A stretch of DNA of 64,000 nt, taken from an uncultured Candidatus Poseidoniales archaeon. Its GTDB lineage: Archaea; Thermoplasmatota; Poseidoniia; Poseidoniales; Thalassarchaeaceae. The translations under genes were made by a program, and so were the position numbers. The DNA lies in the NCBI GenBank assembly GCA_902625325.1, contig CACOAW010000001.1, positions 66,537 through 130,536 of the forward strand, written 5' to 3'. A model generated the notes under the pieces. It saw only the letters and a program-made list of their open reading frames with translations. It did not search any database and was not told where the DNA came from. How positions within the stretch are numbered: the first letter of the stretch is position 1; every line of letters starts with the position of its first letter. Of the stretch, positions 1 through 10,170 are shown one piece after another.

Positions 1-2592
1 GTCGATACCCACACCAACAAGTATAGATCCGATCATAACTGTCACAAGAGATAGTGATAAGCCCCACGAATCCATTACCAACCACTGCATGGCAACGGTG
101 AACCCTACTGGAATTGTGGTAAGGAAGGCGTATCTAATGTCTCTGAAAACCAGAGCGAGGGTAATTATCGTGAATCCCAGTGCGAAAGCAAGAGAGGTCC
201 ATTGAGAGTCCACTATCAAATTATTTACTTCTATAGTTATCGAAGCAACACCGATAAGTGAGTCGCCCAATACATTGATTGGGTTTTCTGAGTCTCCAGC
301 GGCCTTTGCCCAGTTGTTAATCTGCTCTGTAGTTATTGCAGTACTCTTGACATCCATGAATGGCATGTCTATGTATATCAGAGAACGCTGATAATCTGGA
401 GAAATGAACAGCTCCCTCATTTCTTCTGTCATACTGTTGTAGAACACATAAAGTAGGAAATTCTGAGCCTGTCTGCCCCCATCATCCTCCTGTGCATCCA
501 GTGTATCCAAGATAGTCCAAAAGGAGACATTTCCAGATTGGTCTCTGTCGAAGATTAGCTCTGCAATCTCCTTGATCGGCTCTGGAAGGGGCGTATCTTC
601 GATGAAATCGTTTATTGGGGTGCCAGAAACGTTAACTCCCACTGCGATCGCCTTCATCAGGAAGACTATCGAAACCGCAGTAGCATTTTCAACATCATTG
701 CATCTGGATTCTAGATTCTCTATGCCCTCAAGATTAGCGTATGGATGTTCAGGGTTTATCGACCCTAAGCCGATATCAGGCTCAGCCTTGATGTTTGCAT
801 CAACAAGTAGGAAACCAGGTTGACCTGCTTCAAACTCATCTGAGTATACGCCCATCTTCTGTACTGCTTCAACTTCACTGGGCGCCATTTCTAGGAGATC
901 TATGTTCTCCTCTACGTTTTGCCTATTGTAACCAGCAGAGATAACCATCAATGCAATGAATAGGACGAGTGTAATTCGAGACCATTTGACAGGCATGTTC
1001 ACTGCAGCAACGAAAACTTTTGGAGGAGGATGTGAGGGCTTTTTTAGATCCAGTAGTATTGTAAGATTGGGGACCATTATCATGGTGAGGATATATACTA
1101 CAACAATGCCAGCCGCTAACGCCCATCCAACTGTCTGAATTGGCTTCATCGGAGCAAAAGTTAGAGAGATGAAACCAATAATCGTGGTCATAGCAGAAAG
1201 GAAAACTGCGCGTCCTGTTGATTGTAGCGCTGCAGCCATCTTTTCTTGAGGGGTTCCCTTAGATTCTGCGTATCTATTCGTAATATGCAGTCCATAGGAA
1301 ACTCCCAATGAGAGTACGATTGGACCTACCAGTATTACTGTCATAGTTACTTCATAACCGGTGAGTCCAATTAGACCCAAGGTTACCCAGACTGCACAAA
1401 GTGTGGGTAATCCCGATATTATGACAACCTTAACTCCTTGAACAAATCGAATTCTCCCTGTTTGTAGTAAATCGCAATGAAATAGAAACAGCATAGCTGC
1501 AACAATTACGACACCTACTGGAAACACTTGCCAAAATAATTTGAATGACTCTTCAGTGACTGCGTTTGTAAGTGGCGCGGGGCCGGTTAGAGTCATCCTA
1601 AGGCATAATGATCCATGGTCGGGTTCACACCCTTCTGAACCAGGGGTGCCCCAGTTATTGTTCACTGCAATTTGATCGATTGTACCTTGAGTTTCTGAGA
1701 CGATATCCCCAACTGTCTTGTTCCCTGTATCGTCGGATATTCCTATAATGATCACAGCTCGACTCCAACCATATGAGGTCTTGATTTGATTACCGGTGCC
1801 TATATTCCTGACCAGCTTGTTAAGAGCATTCTGAGGCATCTCCTGTAGTATTTGATCAACCCGCTGTTGTTCATCGGGTATTGCGTAATTGCCAATAAGG
1901 TCGCTTTGCGAGTCTATTGTCTCGTTTATTTCATCCGAGAGTTGTTGATTTCCAGTTGCTTCGGCAAGGCCCGAAAAGAAGGCCTTTACGACGCGACCAG
2001 CGCTGGAGTTCACTTCTTTGATAACGGTAGAGATGGAAAGAACGTATTCCACGTCGTCTTCTTCGCCCTTGTCGTTCCTAGCATAATTAATCGCTCGCTC
2101 AACCTTGTCTATCTGTTCTAAGATGTTGATCTGGCCGTTTGACCCACACTCAACGCATGTAACATTATAATCGTAAGACTCTACATAAATTACCATCACA
2201 TTAGTGGTCCAATCATCCTCAACTTGTGCGATCAGGTTTTTCACACTGAGCGGATCTGAATCCGTTGGAAGGTATACCTCTAAGTCTCCATTCACATTTA
2301 GTGCAGGCTCTTCCTTGCAGTAGCTTGGATTATCGAATCCATCTCTACAGTCTAATACTCCTGAATGAGGCAAAAGTGATACTGTGAAAATCAGTGAGAC
2401 CAGGACCGCCATAACAGGAAACATCGTTAGGAAACTGGAACCCTCATGTTCTCTGACCTTCCTACGTATTTGGTTGGGGACTCGCGATAGTGAAGGTATT
2501 AGCTGGAAATCCTTTGGAACTATGTGGGAAAATCTTTCCTTGGCGGCCGACAAAAAGCTGCCAATGCGGTTCTGAGAGTCTTCCCTAGCCAT
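1..2592 (-). CDS. RND/MMPL-type (HAE3-like) membrane exporter, 3' end cut by window edge
   Basis: Absent from the supplied ORF track because there is no stop inside the window. My translation of the reverse strand from ATG (complement 2590-2592) reads MAREDSQNRIGSFLSAAKERF... and stayed open in every segment I translated, down to base 1 (864 codons). Architecture: N-terminal TM (FPVMAVLVSLIFTVSLL), a large extracytoplasmic domain, a TM bundle (GLPTLCAVWVTLGLIGLTGYEVTMTVILVGPIVLSLGVSYGLHITNRY), a second soluble loop, then the start of a second TM bundle ending ...GSILVGVGID. This is the duplicated RND/MMPL architecture. Confidence 0.7.
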   Translation of the reverse strand, partial: MAREDSQNRIGSFLSAAKERFSHIVPKDFQLIPSLSRVPNQIRRKVREHEGSSFLTMFPVMAVLVSLIFTVSLLPHSGVLDCRDGFDNPSYCKEEPALNVNGDLEVYLPTDSDPLSVKNLIAQVEDDWTTNVMVIYVESYDYNVTCVECGSNGQINILEQIDKVERAINYARNDKGEEDDVEYVLSISTVIKEVNSSAGRVVKAFFSGLAEATGNQQLSDEINETIDSQSDLIGNYAIPDEQQRVDQILQEMPQNALNKLVRNIGTGNQIKTSYGWSRAVIIIGISDDTGNKTVGDIVSETQGTIDQIAVNNNWGTPGSEGCEPDHGSLCLRMTLTGPAPLTNAVTEESFKLFWQVFPVGVVIVAAMLFLFHCDLLQTGRIRFVQGVKVVIISGLPTLCAVWVTLGLIGLTGYEVTMTVILVGPIVLSLGVSYGLHITNRYAESKGTPQEKMAAALQSTGRAVFLSAMTTIIGFISLTFAPMKPIQTVGWALAAGIVVVYILTMIMVPNLTILLDLKKPSHPPPKVFVAAVNMPVKWSRITLVLFIALMVISAGYNRQNVEENIDLLEMAPSEVEAVQKMGVYSDEFEAGQPGFLLVDANIKAEPDIGLGSINPEHPYANLEGIENLESRCNDVENATAVSIVFLMKAIAVGVNVSGTPINDFIEDTPLPEPIKEIAELIFDRDQSGNVSFWTILDTLDAQEDDGGRQAQNFLLYVFYNSMTEEMRELFISPDYQRSLIYIDMPFMDVKSTAITTEQINNWAKAAGDSENPINVLGDSLIGVASITIEVNNLIVDSQWTSLAFALGFTIITLALVFRDIRYAFLTTIPVGFTVAMQWLVMDSWGLSLSLVTVMIGSILVGVGID

Positions 2593-2712
2593 GTCCCTCC
2601 CGCCATGACGTGAAACGGCATACCTTCAACCCCTCGGCAAAGATGTCTATTTCAAATAGATTTTACAACTACACGGCAATGGTCAATAACACGACTCTCT
2701 GCCAATTATTCG

Positions 2713-5208
2713 GTGGGGTTCATGGGACAGCCAAAGATTTCAGATAAGCGGTGGAGTGTAGACCTCGAGAAACGAATACAATCGGAGCATTACGACGAAG
2801 AGTCTTATCAAAAAAGATATGCATTCAATAAAGAAACAGATAAGGAGATATTCGTTATTGATACCCCTCCTCCATATCCCAGTGGAACATGGCACATTGG
2901 AGCTGTAGCCCAGTACAGCATGATAGACGTTATTGCAAGAAGTCAAAGATTATTGGGTAAAGAAGTGAAGTTCCCCTGGGGGGTGGATCGAAATGGCATC
3001 AATATCGAGTTCACTGTTGAAAAGAAGACAGGAAGGAAGATGAGGACTTATGATAGGGCTGAATTCCTAGAACTTTGTTCGGAAACTATTGAGGAATACA
3101 CCAAGGCTATGCGAAATACTGCAAAGAGAGTCGGGCTATCCTGCGATTATGAGAACGAATATCTCACGGATGCCCCCGACTACAGGGCAGTATCGCAGTC
3201 TATTTTTGTTGATCTTTTCAAGAGCGGCGATATTGTAGAAGACCTTAGGCCCAATATTTACGATCCAGTTGAAGGAACCACGATCGCCGATGCGGAGGTC
3301 CAAAGGGTCCAGAGGGAGACCAAACTATGCAATGTGAAGTGGCACACTGAGGATGGCGAAGAAATCATAATTTCAACTACAAGACCCGAAATGATTTGTG
3401 CTTGTGGAATAGTAGTCGTAAATCCTGAGGATAATAGATACGGCCACTTACTGGGAAAGAAGGTGAAACTCCCCCTGGAGGTAGCAGAAAGAGACCAATA
3501 TGTCGAGATAGCCTCCCATCCATCAGTAAAAATGGATTTTGGTAGTGGGGTTCTGATGGTTTGCTCCTATGGTGACCAGAATGACGTTTCCATTTTCAGA
3601 GAGCTTGGGTTAAAGCCATTCGTAGCGATTAACCTTGACGGTGAGATGACAGGAATTGCAGGACCATTATCTGGCATGAAGGTAATTGAAGCCCGAACAA
3701 GAGCAATAGAAATACTACGAACATTAGGAAATCTAGTCTCTACGGAAGATCGTATACAAGAAGTACCAGTCAGCGAAAGGGGAGGAAACCCAATAGAGAT
3801 TATTCTACTGAAGGAATGGTATGTGCGACAGACTCATATTCTGGAAAGGATAATAGAACTTTCAAAAGAAAGTAGATTTATTCCGGAAAGGAATCGGCAG
3901 TACTTGCATGATTGGATAGACGGCATATCCATTGACTGGCCCATCAGCAGACGTAGGTGGTACCATACAGAAGTCCCAATCTGGTATTCCGAGGACCGAA
4001 CCAAAGTAGTCGTTCCTCCAAGAGGATCCTATGTTCAACCATGGAAGGACTCACCACCTATTGACTCCGAAGTGGTTGATAGGGAGAGCAAGGAAACGCT
4101 TGGAAACTATCAGGAATTACGTTCGACGCTTGGTAAACTTACAGGCGAGGAGAAGGTGTTTGATACATGGATGGATTCATCAAATTCCAATCTTTATGTC
4201 TCAGGTTACTTGACAGATCCGAAATTGTTTGATAGGGCATTTCCGACTTCAATCAGGCCTCAGGGTAAGGAAATTGTCAGAACGTGGTTATACTACACAC
4301 TGCTGAAGAGTGCGCTTTTACTAGAACGTCCTGGCTTCCAATGTATTTGGGTAGACGGACTTGGAATGGACCCATGGGGTAGGAAGATGTCAAAGTCATT
4401 AGGAAATGGCATAGACGCAGATAGCGTTCTCGAATGTGGAGCTGGCGGTAGGACCGGTTCATGGAAGATTAAGGGGGCCGATGGCAAGCAAGTAGTACTG
4501 AAGGCAAACAAAATCGGAAGCGAGTGCTTTCGACTTTGGAAGGCCTGCGATGCGCAGGTGGGTGATGACTTCCATATTAATCCAGAAGAGATTGAGACAA
4601 AGTATTACGGCGTACTTACTAAAATATTCAACGTAGCTAGGTTTGCTAGCCAATTCGAAACTCCTCATGATTTTTCTTCACCCCCTGAATTGAACATAGA
4701 GGACATATGGATACTGTCTGAATTTGATCAGTCCATGGCCACAGTGGAAAATGCATGGAAAGATGTGGATATTTACACTGCAGCACAGACGCTGAAGTCC
4801 TTTGGTACGGGGATTTTTCCCAGTCATTGGCTCGAGATGTCAAAGACTAGACTCTATGAGGGAGATATCTCGGCTAGTTGGACAATACACAGGGTAGTGC
4901 GTGATCTTCTCAGTGCATTTAGCCCAATATGTCCATTTTTCACACATTACCTTAGTACAACACTTTACGCCTCCAGCTCGGTGGATGTCAGAGCATTCCC
5001 AAGGCTTCCTTCGTTTCCCGGTTCCGAGTTGTTCGAAGAACTTAGAGGCAAGACCGAATCCTTGGAAGAGTTCAATTCGATGATTTGGAAAGCAAAGAAG
5101 GATCGCGGACTTTCTCTTAAATCTACAATTTCAGATATCCAAATTCCTGGATCCCTGATTTTATTCTCGGATGCTTTGGTAAAGATGCACAACCTAGAGT
5201 TACAGTAG
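2713..5208 (+). CDS. valS: valine--tRNA ligase (class Ia aminoacyl-tRNA synthetase)
   Basis: 831 aa. Shows VIDTPPPYPSGTWHIGAV (HIGH region), TTRPEMICACGIVVVNPEDNRY, FGSGVLMVCSYGDQNDV and KMSKS (KMSKSLGNGID). Length and block order fit archaeal ValRS better than LeuRS or IleRS. Confidence 0.8.
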   Translation: MGFMGQPKISDKRWSVDLEKRIQSEHYDEESYQKRYAFNKETDKEIFVIDTPPPYPSGTWHIGAVAQYSMIDVIARSQRLLGKEVKFPWGVDRNGINIEFTVEKKTGRKMRTYDRAEFLELCSETIEEYTKAMRNTAKRVGLSCDYENEYLTDAPDYRAVSQSIFVDLFKSGDIVEDLRPNIYDPVEGTTIADAEVQRVQRETKLCNVKWHTEDGEEIIISTTRPEMICACGIVVVNPEDNRYGHLLGKKVKLPLEVAERDQYVEIASHPSVKMDFGSGVLMVCSYGDQNDVSIFRELGLKPFVAINLDGEMTGIAGPLSGMKVIEARTRAIEILRTLGNLVSTEDRIQEVPVSERGGNPIEIILLKEWYVRQTHILERIIELSKESRFIPERNRQYLHDWIDGISIDWPISRRRWYHTEVPIWYSEDRTKVVVPPRGSYVQPWKDSPPIDSEVVDRESKETLGNYQELRSTLGKLTGEEKVFDTWMDSSNSNLYVSGYLTDPKLFDRAFPTSIRPQGKEIVRTWLYYTLLKSALLLERPGFQCIWVDGLGMDPWGRKMSKSLGNGIDADSVLECGAGGRTGSWKIKGADGKQVVLKANKIGSECFRLWKACDAQVGDDFHINPEEIETKYYGVLTKIFNVARFASQFETPHDFSSPPELNIEDIWILSEFDQSMATVENAWKDVDIYTAAQTLKSFGTGIFPSHWLEMSKTRLYEGDISASWTIHRVVRDLLSAFSPICPFFTHYLSTTLYASSSVDVRAFPRLPSFPGSELFEELRGKTESLEEFNSMIWKAKKDRGLSLKSTISDIQIPGSLILFSDALVKMHNLELQ

Positions 5209-5209
5209 G

Positions 5210-6178
5210 TCAATTGAGAGAATTGTTGCATCTCCCTGTTTCAAAATACTCTATGAGCAGACGTGCCATTTCAGTTCCAATCCGAGCCTGCGCCTCCATA
5301 GTCGAAGCAGCGATATGTGGACTACCATGGAAGGAGTCGTGGCGTAGCAGATCACTATCTGCAAGAGGTTCTACTTCGAACACATCGAGTGCTAGTGATG
5401 TTAGTTGACCCGATTCCAGAGCCCTAGAAGCAGCAGACTCATCGACCACTCCTCCCCTGGCGCAACTAACTATGTGATTACCGCATTCAATCCCGTCCAT
5501 GCCTATTCCAGGCATCATGGATATTCGTGCGAAGTTTACCAGATTCCTTGTTTGTTCATTCAGATTACAATGCACAGATATGTGGGTACAGTCTCTGAAA
5601 ATTTCATCCAAATCGTCATGTAATTGAACACCCACTGGAGATTCATCGACGAAGGGATCGAAAGCATGGACTTCCATGCCGAATGATGAAGCAATCGAGG
5701 CTACTCCTCTGGCTATTCTTCCGAACCCAATTAGGCCCAGCCTTTTCCCACCTATCTCAGAGCCTCTCAATTGTTTCTTTGCCCATTCTCCATTTCGAAG
5801 CGTCCGATCTGCAGTTGCTATATGTCTTGTAGAGGCTATCAGATGACCAATGGTTAACTCCACGACACTGCGGGTAGACTCCCCGGGAGTATTGCAAACT
5901 GTGATTCCTTTACTCGTCGCTTTAGAAATGTCGATGTTATCCACTCCCACTCCTGCCCTCCCAATGAATCTAATACCGCCGTTATCTTTCACCGATGCTG
6001 AAATCTGTTCTGATGGAAGTTTTGTGGCGCTTCTGATTACTACCGCATCAAATTCTAGGAGCGAGCCATTTGCGATTTCATCTGGCTCGTGGTGCCGCAA
6101 TACTACCTCATGACCCGCATTCTCAAGAATTTCAACTGCTTCATCGGAGATTCCATCAGTTACAGCGACACGCGCCAT
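5210..6178 (-). CDS. D-isomer-specific 2-hydroxyacid dehydrogenase (short SerA-like 3-phosphoglycerate dehydrogenase)
   Basis: Motifs [27 protein letters not shown] and the NAD fingerprint [13 protein letters not shown]; no ACT domain. The ORF is open to 6223, but MARVAVTDG (start about 6178) fits the family N-terminus and leaves room for the divergent sod promoter. Confidence 0.7.
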   Translation of the reverse strand: MARVAVTDGISDEAVEILENAGHEVVLRHHEPDEIANGSLLEFDAVVIRSATKLPSEQISASVKDNGGIRFIGRAGVGVDNIDISKATSKGITVCNTPGESTRSVVELTIGHLIASTRHIATADRTLRNGEWAKKQLRGSEIGGKRLGLIGFGRIARGVASIASSFGMEVHAFDPFVDESPVGVQLHDDLDEIFRDCTHISVHCNLNEQTRNLVNFARISMMPGIGMDGIECGNHIVSCARGGVVDESAASRALESGQLTSLALDVFEVEPLADSDLLRHDSFHGSPHIAASTMEAQARIGTEMARLLIEYFETGRCNNSLN

Positions 6179-6268
6179 AACTACATCCTGAGACATTACG
6201 TGCATCAACATTGTGAATATCATGCCGGTGGGTTGATATTTAGTACCCCTAATTCAATACCAGATACA

Positions 6269-6862
6269 ATGAGATTTGAACTACCTGAACTTGAATATGC
6301 TTATGACTCGCTAGAGCCCCATATTGACGCGGAGACAATGGAACTACACCATTCCAAGCATCATGCTGGATACACCGCTAAACTGAATGCCGCAATCGAG
6401 GGTACAGAAATGGAATCTCTGGGTATTGAGGATTTGATGATTAACCACATGGACAACGCGGCAGTTAGGAATAACGGAGGAGGATTCTGGAACCATGGAA
6501 TTTTCTGGGAGACAATGAGCCCCGATGGCGGAGGAGAACCCGAGGGAGACCTCGCAAATGCAATTGCAGACTCTTTCGGATCTTTCCAATCTATGAAAGA
6601 TCAATTTAGCGATGCAGCCATGACGAGATTCGGCAGTGGTTGGGCATGGCTGTGCGTTGCAAATGGTCAACTTTCCATATGCTCCACTCCAAATCAGGAT
6701 AACCCACTCATGTTGGGCGAAGGTATACCAATTCTAGGCCTAGATGTCTGGGAGCACGCATACTACAAGAATTACGGGCCAGGCAGAGGAGATTACATCG
6801 CCGCTTGGTGGAATGTAGTAAATTGGTCTGCTGTGAGTAATAACTACAACGCCGCAATATAG
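6269..6862 (+). CDS. sod: Fe/Mn superoxide dismutase
   Basis: [35 protein letters not shown] ... DVWEHAYY. The listed ORF starts at 6089, but the family N-terminus begins at the ATG at 6269 (197 aa). Confidence 0.9.
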   Translation: MRFELPELEYAYDSLEPHIDAETMELHHSKHHAGYTAKLNAAIEGTEMESLGIEDLMINHMDNAAVRNNGGGFWNHGIFWETMSPDGGGEPEGDLANAIADSFGSFQSMKDQFSDAAMTRFGSGWAWLCVANGQLSICSTPNQDNPLMLGEGIPILGLDVWEHAYYKNYGPGRGDYIAAWWNVVNWSAVSNNYNAAI

Positions 6863-6918
6863 CCGAATAACTGTAGTGCCAACCGTTCCATTATAGCGCT
6901 CTTTGGATACGCGACCGC

Positions 6919-7992
6919 GTGGTCGACGACTATGAAGCAATGTTGACAGCGGTATTGATATTGGTATCGCCGGTTATTTTTGCACTCCCTGTGTCATTCG
7001 CATGGAGATGGTGGGTCGGTATTGAACCAGAGCATGAGCACTATCGAGAAAAGGTTCGCAGGGTACTCGATGCAGGGATGCCTCTAGCACGATACAGAGG
7101 GGAGTTGGATGCAGAAGCAAGGAAGGTACACATATCATCTGACAGGCAAGGCAGGATAGAGTCGGATTTACTTCACAGACTTCGATTGCAACATTTTCTC
7201 CTTTTCCCTAGTCTCATTTTGTGGCCCCTAGTAGGCATCTTCGCTGCTATCATCAGCATCCCGATGATGCCCTTACTGAAGCTAGTCGAATGGATTTTAA
7301 TCAAAAAGAAGGCGCTTTCCGGAGTCGCGATTATTATCCAGAAATACACAAGATGGGAAATCATAGGAATCCCTAGGCTTGATGACGGTTCCAAGCAGTT
7401 CGGCAAGGCCCTAGCTTCAATTCACAGAATGCCAACAACAGTATTTCTCGGACTTTTTGCTTACTTAATCGTATCATATTCACCGATGAGCTCTTTCAAT
7501 GTCCTTCTCCTAAGCGCACTTGTATACATCATACTGGTCTCTGCAATCTCAGTCATCAGAGCCGCTACAGAGAGTACTCTAACATTTGCAGATCCTACCA
7601 ATAGGAGGATAATACCCATGGAGTCGTATGTTGACGAGAAACTTGGGCCATGGGTAGGGGTAGGGCTGATTTTCCTATTGTCCAGGCAGCTAATGTATGG
7701 ATCGAAGATTCGAACAGGCGAACTTTTAATTGACCCAGTTCCGTTTTCGATTAGTGTTCTACTTGTCTTGTATACAGCCACAATAATAGGCATAACTGTC
7801 GAGATACTTTTCTTCAGGAGCAGAGGCGAAGAAGTCAGAATGACGTTTCAAAAACAAATGGTCGATGTTTTTCAACCGGATGTGTACCTCTTCAATAGGA
7901 ATTTAGGTACGTTGAGGCTAGTCCCACTAATGCCCCTATCACTTTGGCTGGAAACAGACGAGGATTATGATGACTTACTCAAAGATACGTAA
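6919..7992 (+). CDS. hypothetical polytopic membrane protein
   Basis: 357-aa ORF with several hydrophobic segments (AVLILVSPVIFALPV, LLFPSLILWPLVGIFAAIISIPMMPLL, VFLGLFAYLIVSY, LLLSALVYIILVSAISVI, ISVLLVLYTATIIGITVEILFF). I recognise no family motif. Confidence 0.5.
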   Translation: MVDDYEAMLTAVLILVSPVIFALPVSFAWRWWVGIEPEHEHYREKVRRVLDAGMPLARYRGELDAEARKVHISSDRQGRIESDLLHRLRLQHFLLFPSLILWPLVGIFAAIISIPMMPLLKLVEWILIKKKALSGVAIIIQKYTRWEIIGIPRLDDGSKQFGKALASIHRMPTTVFLGLFAYLIVSYSPMSSFNVLLLSALVYIILVSAISVIRAATESTLTFADPTNRRIIPMESYVDEKLGPWVGVGLIFLLSRQLMYGSKIRTGELLIDPVPFSISVLLVLYTATIIGITVEILFFRSRGEEVRMTFQKQMVDVFQPDVYLFNRNLGTLRLVPLMPLSLWLETDEDYDDLLKDT

Positions 7993-8887
7993 GGGACTCT
8001 ACTTTCCAGATGGCCCCATCCAGATTTACATATCCAGATTCAATATCATTAACTCGTAGCTTCGCAATTCCGTACGATACACTGTCTGACGACTCGCATG
8101 ATGTAATATGGGCAGGCGAGCCATTCGATAGCCGGTATTTCCCTGGACTAATGGCTGCCTCACCCGTTAGGAGGCAAAGCCTCTTGACAGTCCTGCCTCG
8201 GCTTTCCAACCTTGCATGAACTTCTTGTCCCGGATAGCACCCCTTATCATTACTAATCAGATTTATCATCCCACATTCATTAGGAAGATTCCCACTGATG
8301 TCAGTTAAGGTTGGAATACAGACTCCTAATCTGACGAAGTTCCACCTATCATCACTCATTTCAGAATATTCCGCGGTCTCAAGTATCGACATGAAATCAT
8401 CCATCTGGTTTAGTGGCAATAGGATATCGAGAACTGAGCCGCCGGGAAATTCAGATTTTACAGCGATCATATCATCGATTTCAATTACTCTGTTTCTTTC
8501 GAGTTCTATCCCATCTAATCCCATCCTAGTGAATATTGATTGAAAGTCATCAGAAACTAGAGTGACCCTTCCAATCGCTTCATCTGCGATGATTAAATCG
8601 CAATGCTCATTCCAGGATTTACCATCAATCAAGGTCTTTCTCGTTTTATCACCCATCACTTCTGATGACAATAGCAGTATTTTTTCCTGTATCTTGTATA
8701 TCGAACCGATATCTGTAATCCGGCCGTTGTAATCACAGAATAGTACGTCTACACCATGGCTATCCGGAGAATCAACAATCCTGGTTGAGACAACCCTATC
8801 GATCACATTGATTGAGTCATTGCCCTGCAAGAGTGTTACACTCTGTGAGCGCACGTAATATTCCTCTCCAGAGGCGTTATTGCGCAA
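7979..8887 (-). CDS. ygfZ: YgfZ/GcvT-family folate-binding protein (Fe-S cluster maintenance, COG0354-like)
   Basis: Contains the COG0354 signature K-G-C-[YF]-x-G-Q-E (DKGCYPGQEVHARLESRGR). Size of about 300 aa fits, and it sits adjacent to an A-type Fe-S carrier gene. Confidence 0.65.
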   Translation of the reverse strand: MRNNASGEEYYVRSQSVTLLQGNDSINVIDRVVSTRIVDSPDSHGVDVLFCDYNGRITDIGSIYKIQEKILLLSSEVMGDKTRKTLIDGKSWNEHCDLIIADEAIGRVTLVSDDFQSIFTRMGLDGIELERNRVIEIDDMIAVKSEFPGGSVLDILLPLNQMDDFMSILETAEYSEMSDDRWNFVRLGVCIPTLTDISGNLPNECGMINLISNDKGCYPGQEVHARLESRGRTVKRLCLLTGEAAISPGKYRLSNGSPAHITSCESSDSVSYGIAKLRVNDIESGYVNLDGAIWKVESLTYL

Positions 8888-8896
8888 TGAATTACC

Positions 8897-9313
8897 TCAG
8901 CCGAATGACTGCCCGCAGCCACATGCCCTGTCAGCATTGGGGTTCTCTATTTGGAATCCCCCTCCCATCAGAGTTTCCTTGAAATCAACCAAGATACCAT
9001 TCAGCATTGAGCTGTCCTTGTTGTGGACGAACACATTAATTCCGTCTATTGAAATCTGCTGAAATCCTACATCCTCTGGCTTTTTTATTATTTTCATGTC
9101 GTAAAGATACCCTGAGCACCCTCCGGATTGTGCGCTGATTACCAAAACATGGGTATTTTCGTCTCCATTCATGTTTTGTTTTAGCGCGCTTATTGCTTTG
9201 TCAGTAAAATTCAGTTTGACATCAACGACTTCTGTTTCAGAAACGACGGGTAGGGAAAATCCCTCACCACCCAGTATGCCCATGTTTCTTGTGTACAATC
9301 GGTAATATTTCAA
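8897..9313 (-). CDS. iscA: A-type iron-sulfur cluster insertion protein (IscA/HesB/ErpA family)
   Basis: GGCSGYLYDM ... and a C-terminal ACGCGQSFG, giving the three conserved Cys of HesB/IscA. The true start is probably the internal MGILGGEG (about 9283). Confidence 0.8.
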   Translation of the reverse strand: MKYYRLYTRNMGILGGEGFSLPVVSETEVVDVKLNFTDKAISALKQNMNGDENTHVLVISAQSGGCSGYLYDMKIIKKPEDVGFQQISIDGINVFVHNKDSSMLNGILVDFKETLMGGGFQIENPNADRACGCGQSFG

Positions 9314-9366
9314 CAGTTGCTTAGATCACTCGTCACACATATCAATCACCCTGCTATCGTAATGTC

Positions 9367-10170
9367 GTGGACGGGATGGAATCTAGGGAGATTGCTAGGC
9401 TCAGTCATGCCGGAATAGCTAGAGAATTAGATTATGTAACGTCTGAATCACCCCTATCAATTAACGTAACTGACAGCAAAAATAACACGTTTGAGATGGG
9501 AATTACCATGAGGACTGAAGGTGACGACAGGAGGTTGATTCTAGGATTCCTATACTCAGAAGGAGTAATTGACTCTATAGCAGACGTTTCTAGCATAAGC
9601 ATCGGAGATGGAATTGGATCAATAGTTCTCAACGAGTCATCATCTTTCGACTCTACCTTACATCGAAGGAATAGTACCGTAACATCTTCTTGTGGACTCT
9701 GTGGAAGATCAGACATTAATGGACTTCTTAAATTGGAAAATACCGTTCTAGATGAGGAAATGTCAATTTCTCTAGAGGCAGTTTCGGTCTGTCTTAACTC
9801 AATACATTCTGAACAGCCTATTTTCTCTCTTACCGGCGGATCTCACGCTTGTGCAAGTTTCAGAGTCGACGGGTCGATAGATCGTGTATTCGAGGATGTT
9901 GGGAGGCACAATGCATTCGATAAAATGGTAGGGTATTACCTAGAAATGGGTTTGTTACCAAAGCCTGGATTTGGTGCATTCGTATCTGGAAGGGCCTCAT
10001 TTGAATTGGTACAGAAGTGTATAAGGGGTGGCTTCCCAATAATGATTGCAATCGGTGCTCCGAGTAGCCTAGCTGTCGATATATCGAACGAATATGGGCT
10101 CACTTTGGGTTGTTTCGCAAGGGATGATAGTTTGACTTTATTCAGTGGAGTTAGGAGGGTTGTAGATTAG
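9367..10170 (+). CDS. fdhD: formate dehydrogenase accessory sulfurtransferase FdhD
   Basis: 267 aa with VTSSCGLCGRS (the catalytic Cys loop), GGSHACA and GRHNAFDK blocks typical of FdhD. Confidence 0.8.
   Translation: MDGMESREIARLSHAGIARELDYVTSESPLSINVTDSKNNTFEMGITMRTEGDDRRLILGFLYSEGVIDSIADVSSISIGDGIGSIVLNESSSFDSTLHRRNSTVTSSCGLCGRSDINGLLKLENTVLDEEMSISLEAVSVCLNSIHSEQPIFSLTGGSHACASFRVDGSIDRVFEDVGRHNAFDKMVGYYLEMGLLPKPGFGAFVSGRASFELVQKCIRGGFPIMIAIGAPSSLAVDISNEYGLTLGCFARDDSLTLFSGVRRVVD

Noticed and set aside
572-2575. Five small plus- or minus-strand ORFs in the track (572-823, 923-1126, 956-1138, 1852-2121, 2384-2575).
   Set aside because: All lie inside or antisense to the 864-codon open reading frame of the RND/MMPL exporter on the minus strand, which translates into a coherent membrane protein. 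The small ORFs have no motifs.
6089-6268. The 5' extension of the SOD ORF (listed start 6089, 257 aa).
   Set aside because: The Fe/Mn-SOD family N-terminus begins at [10 protein letters not shown] (ATG 6269). The upstream 60 codons overlap the divergent serA-like gene and have no SOD homology.
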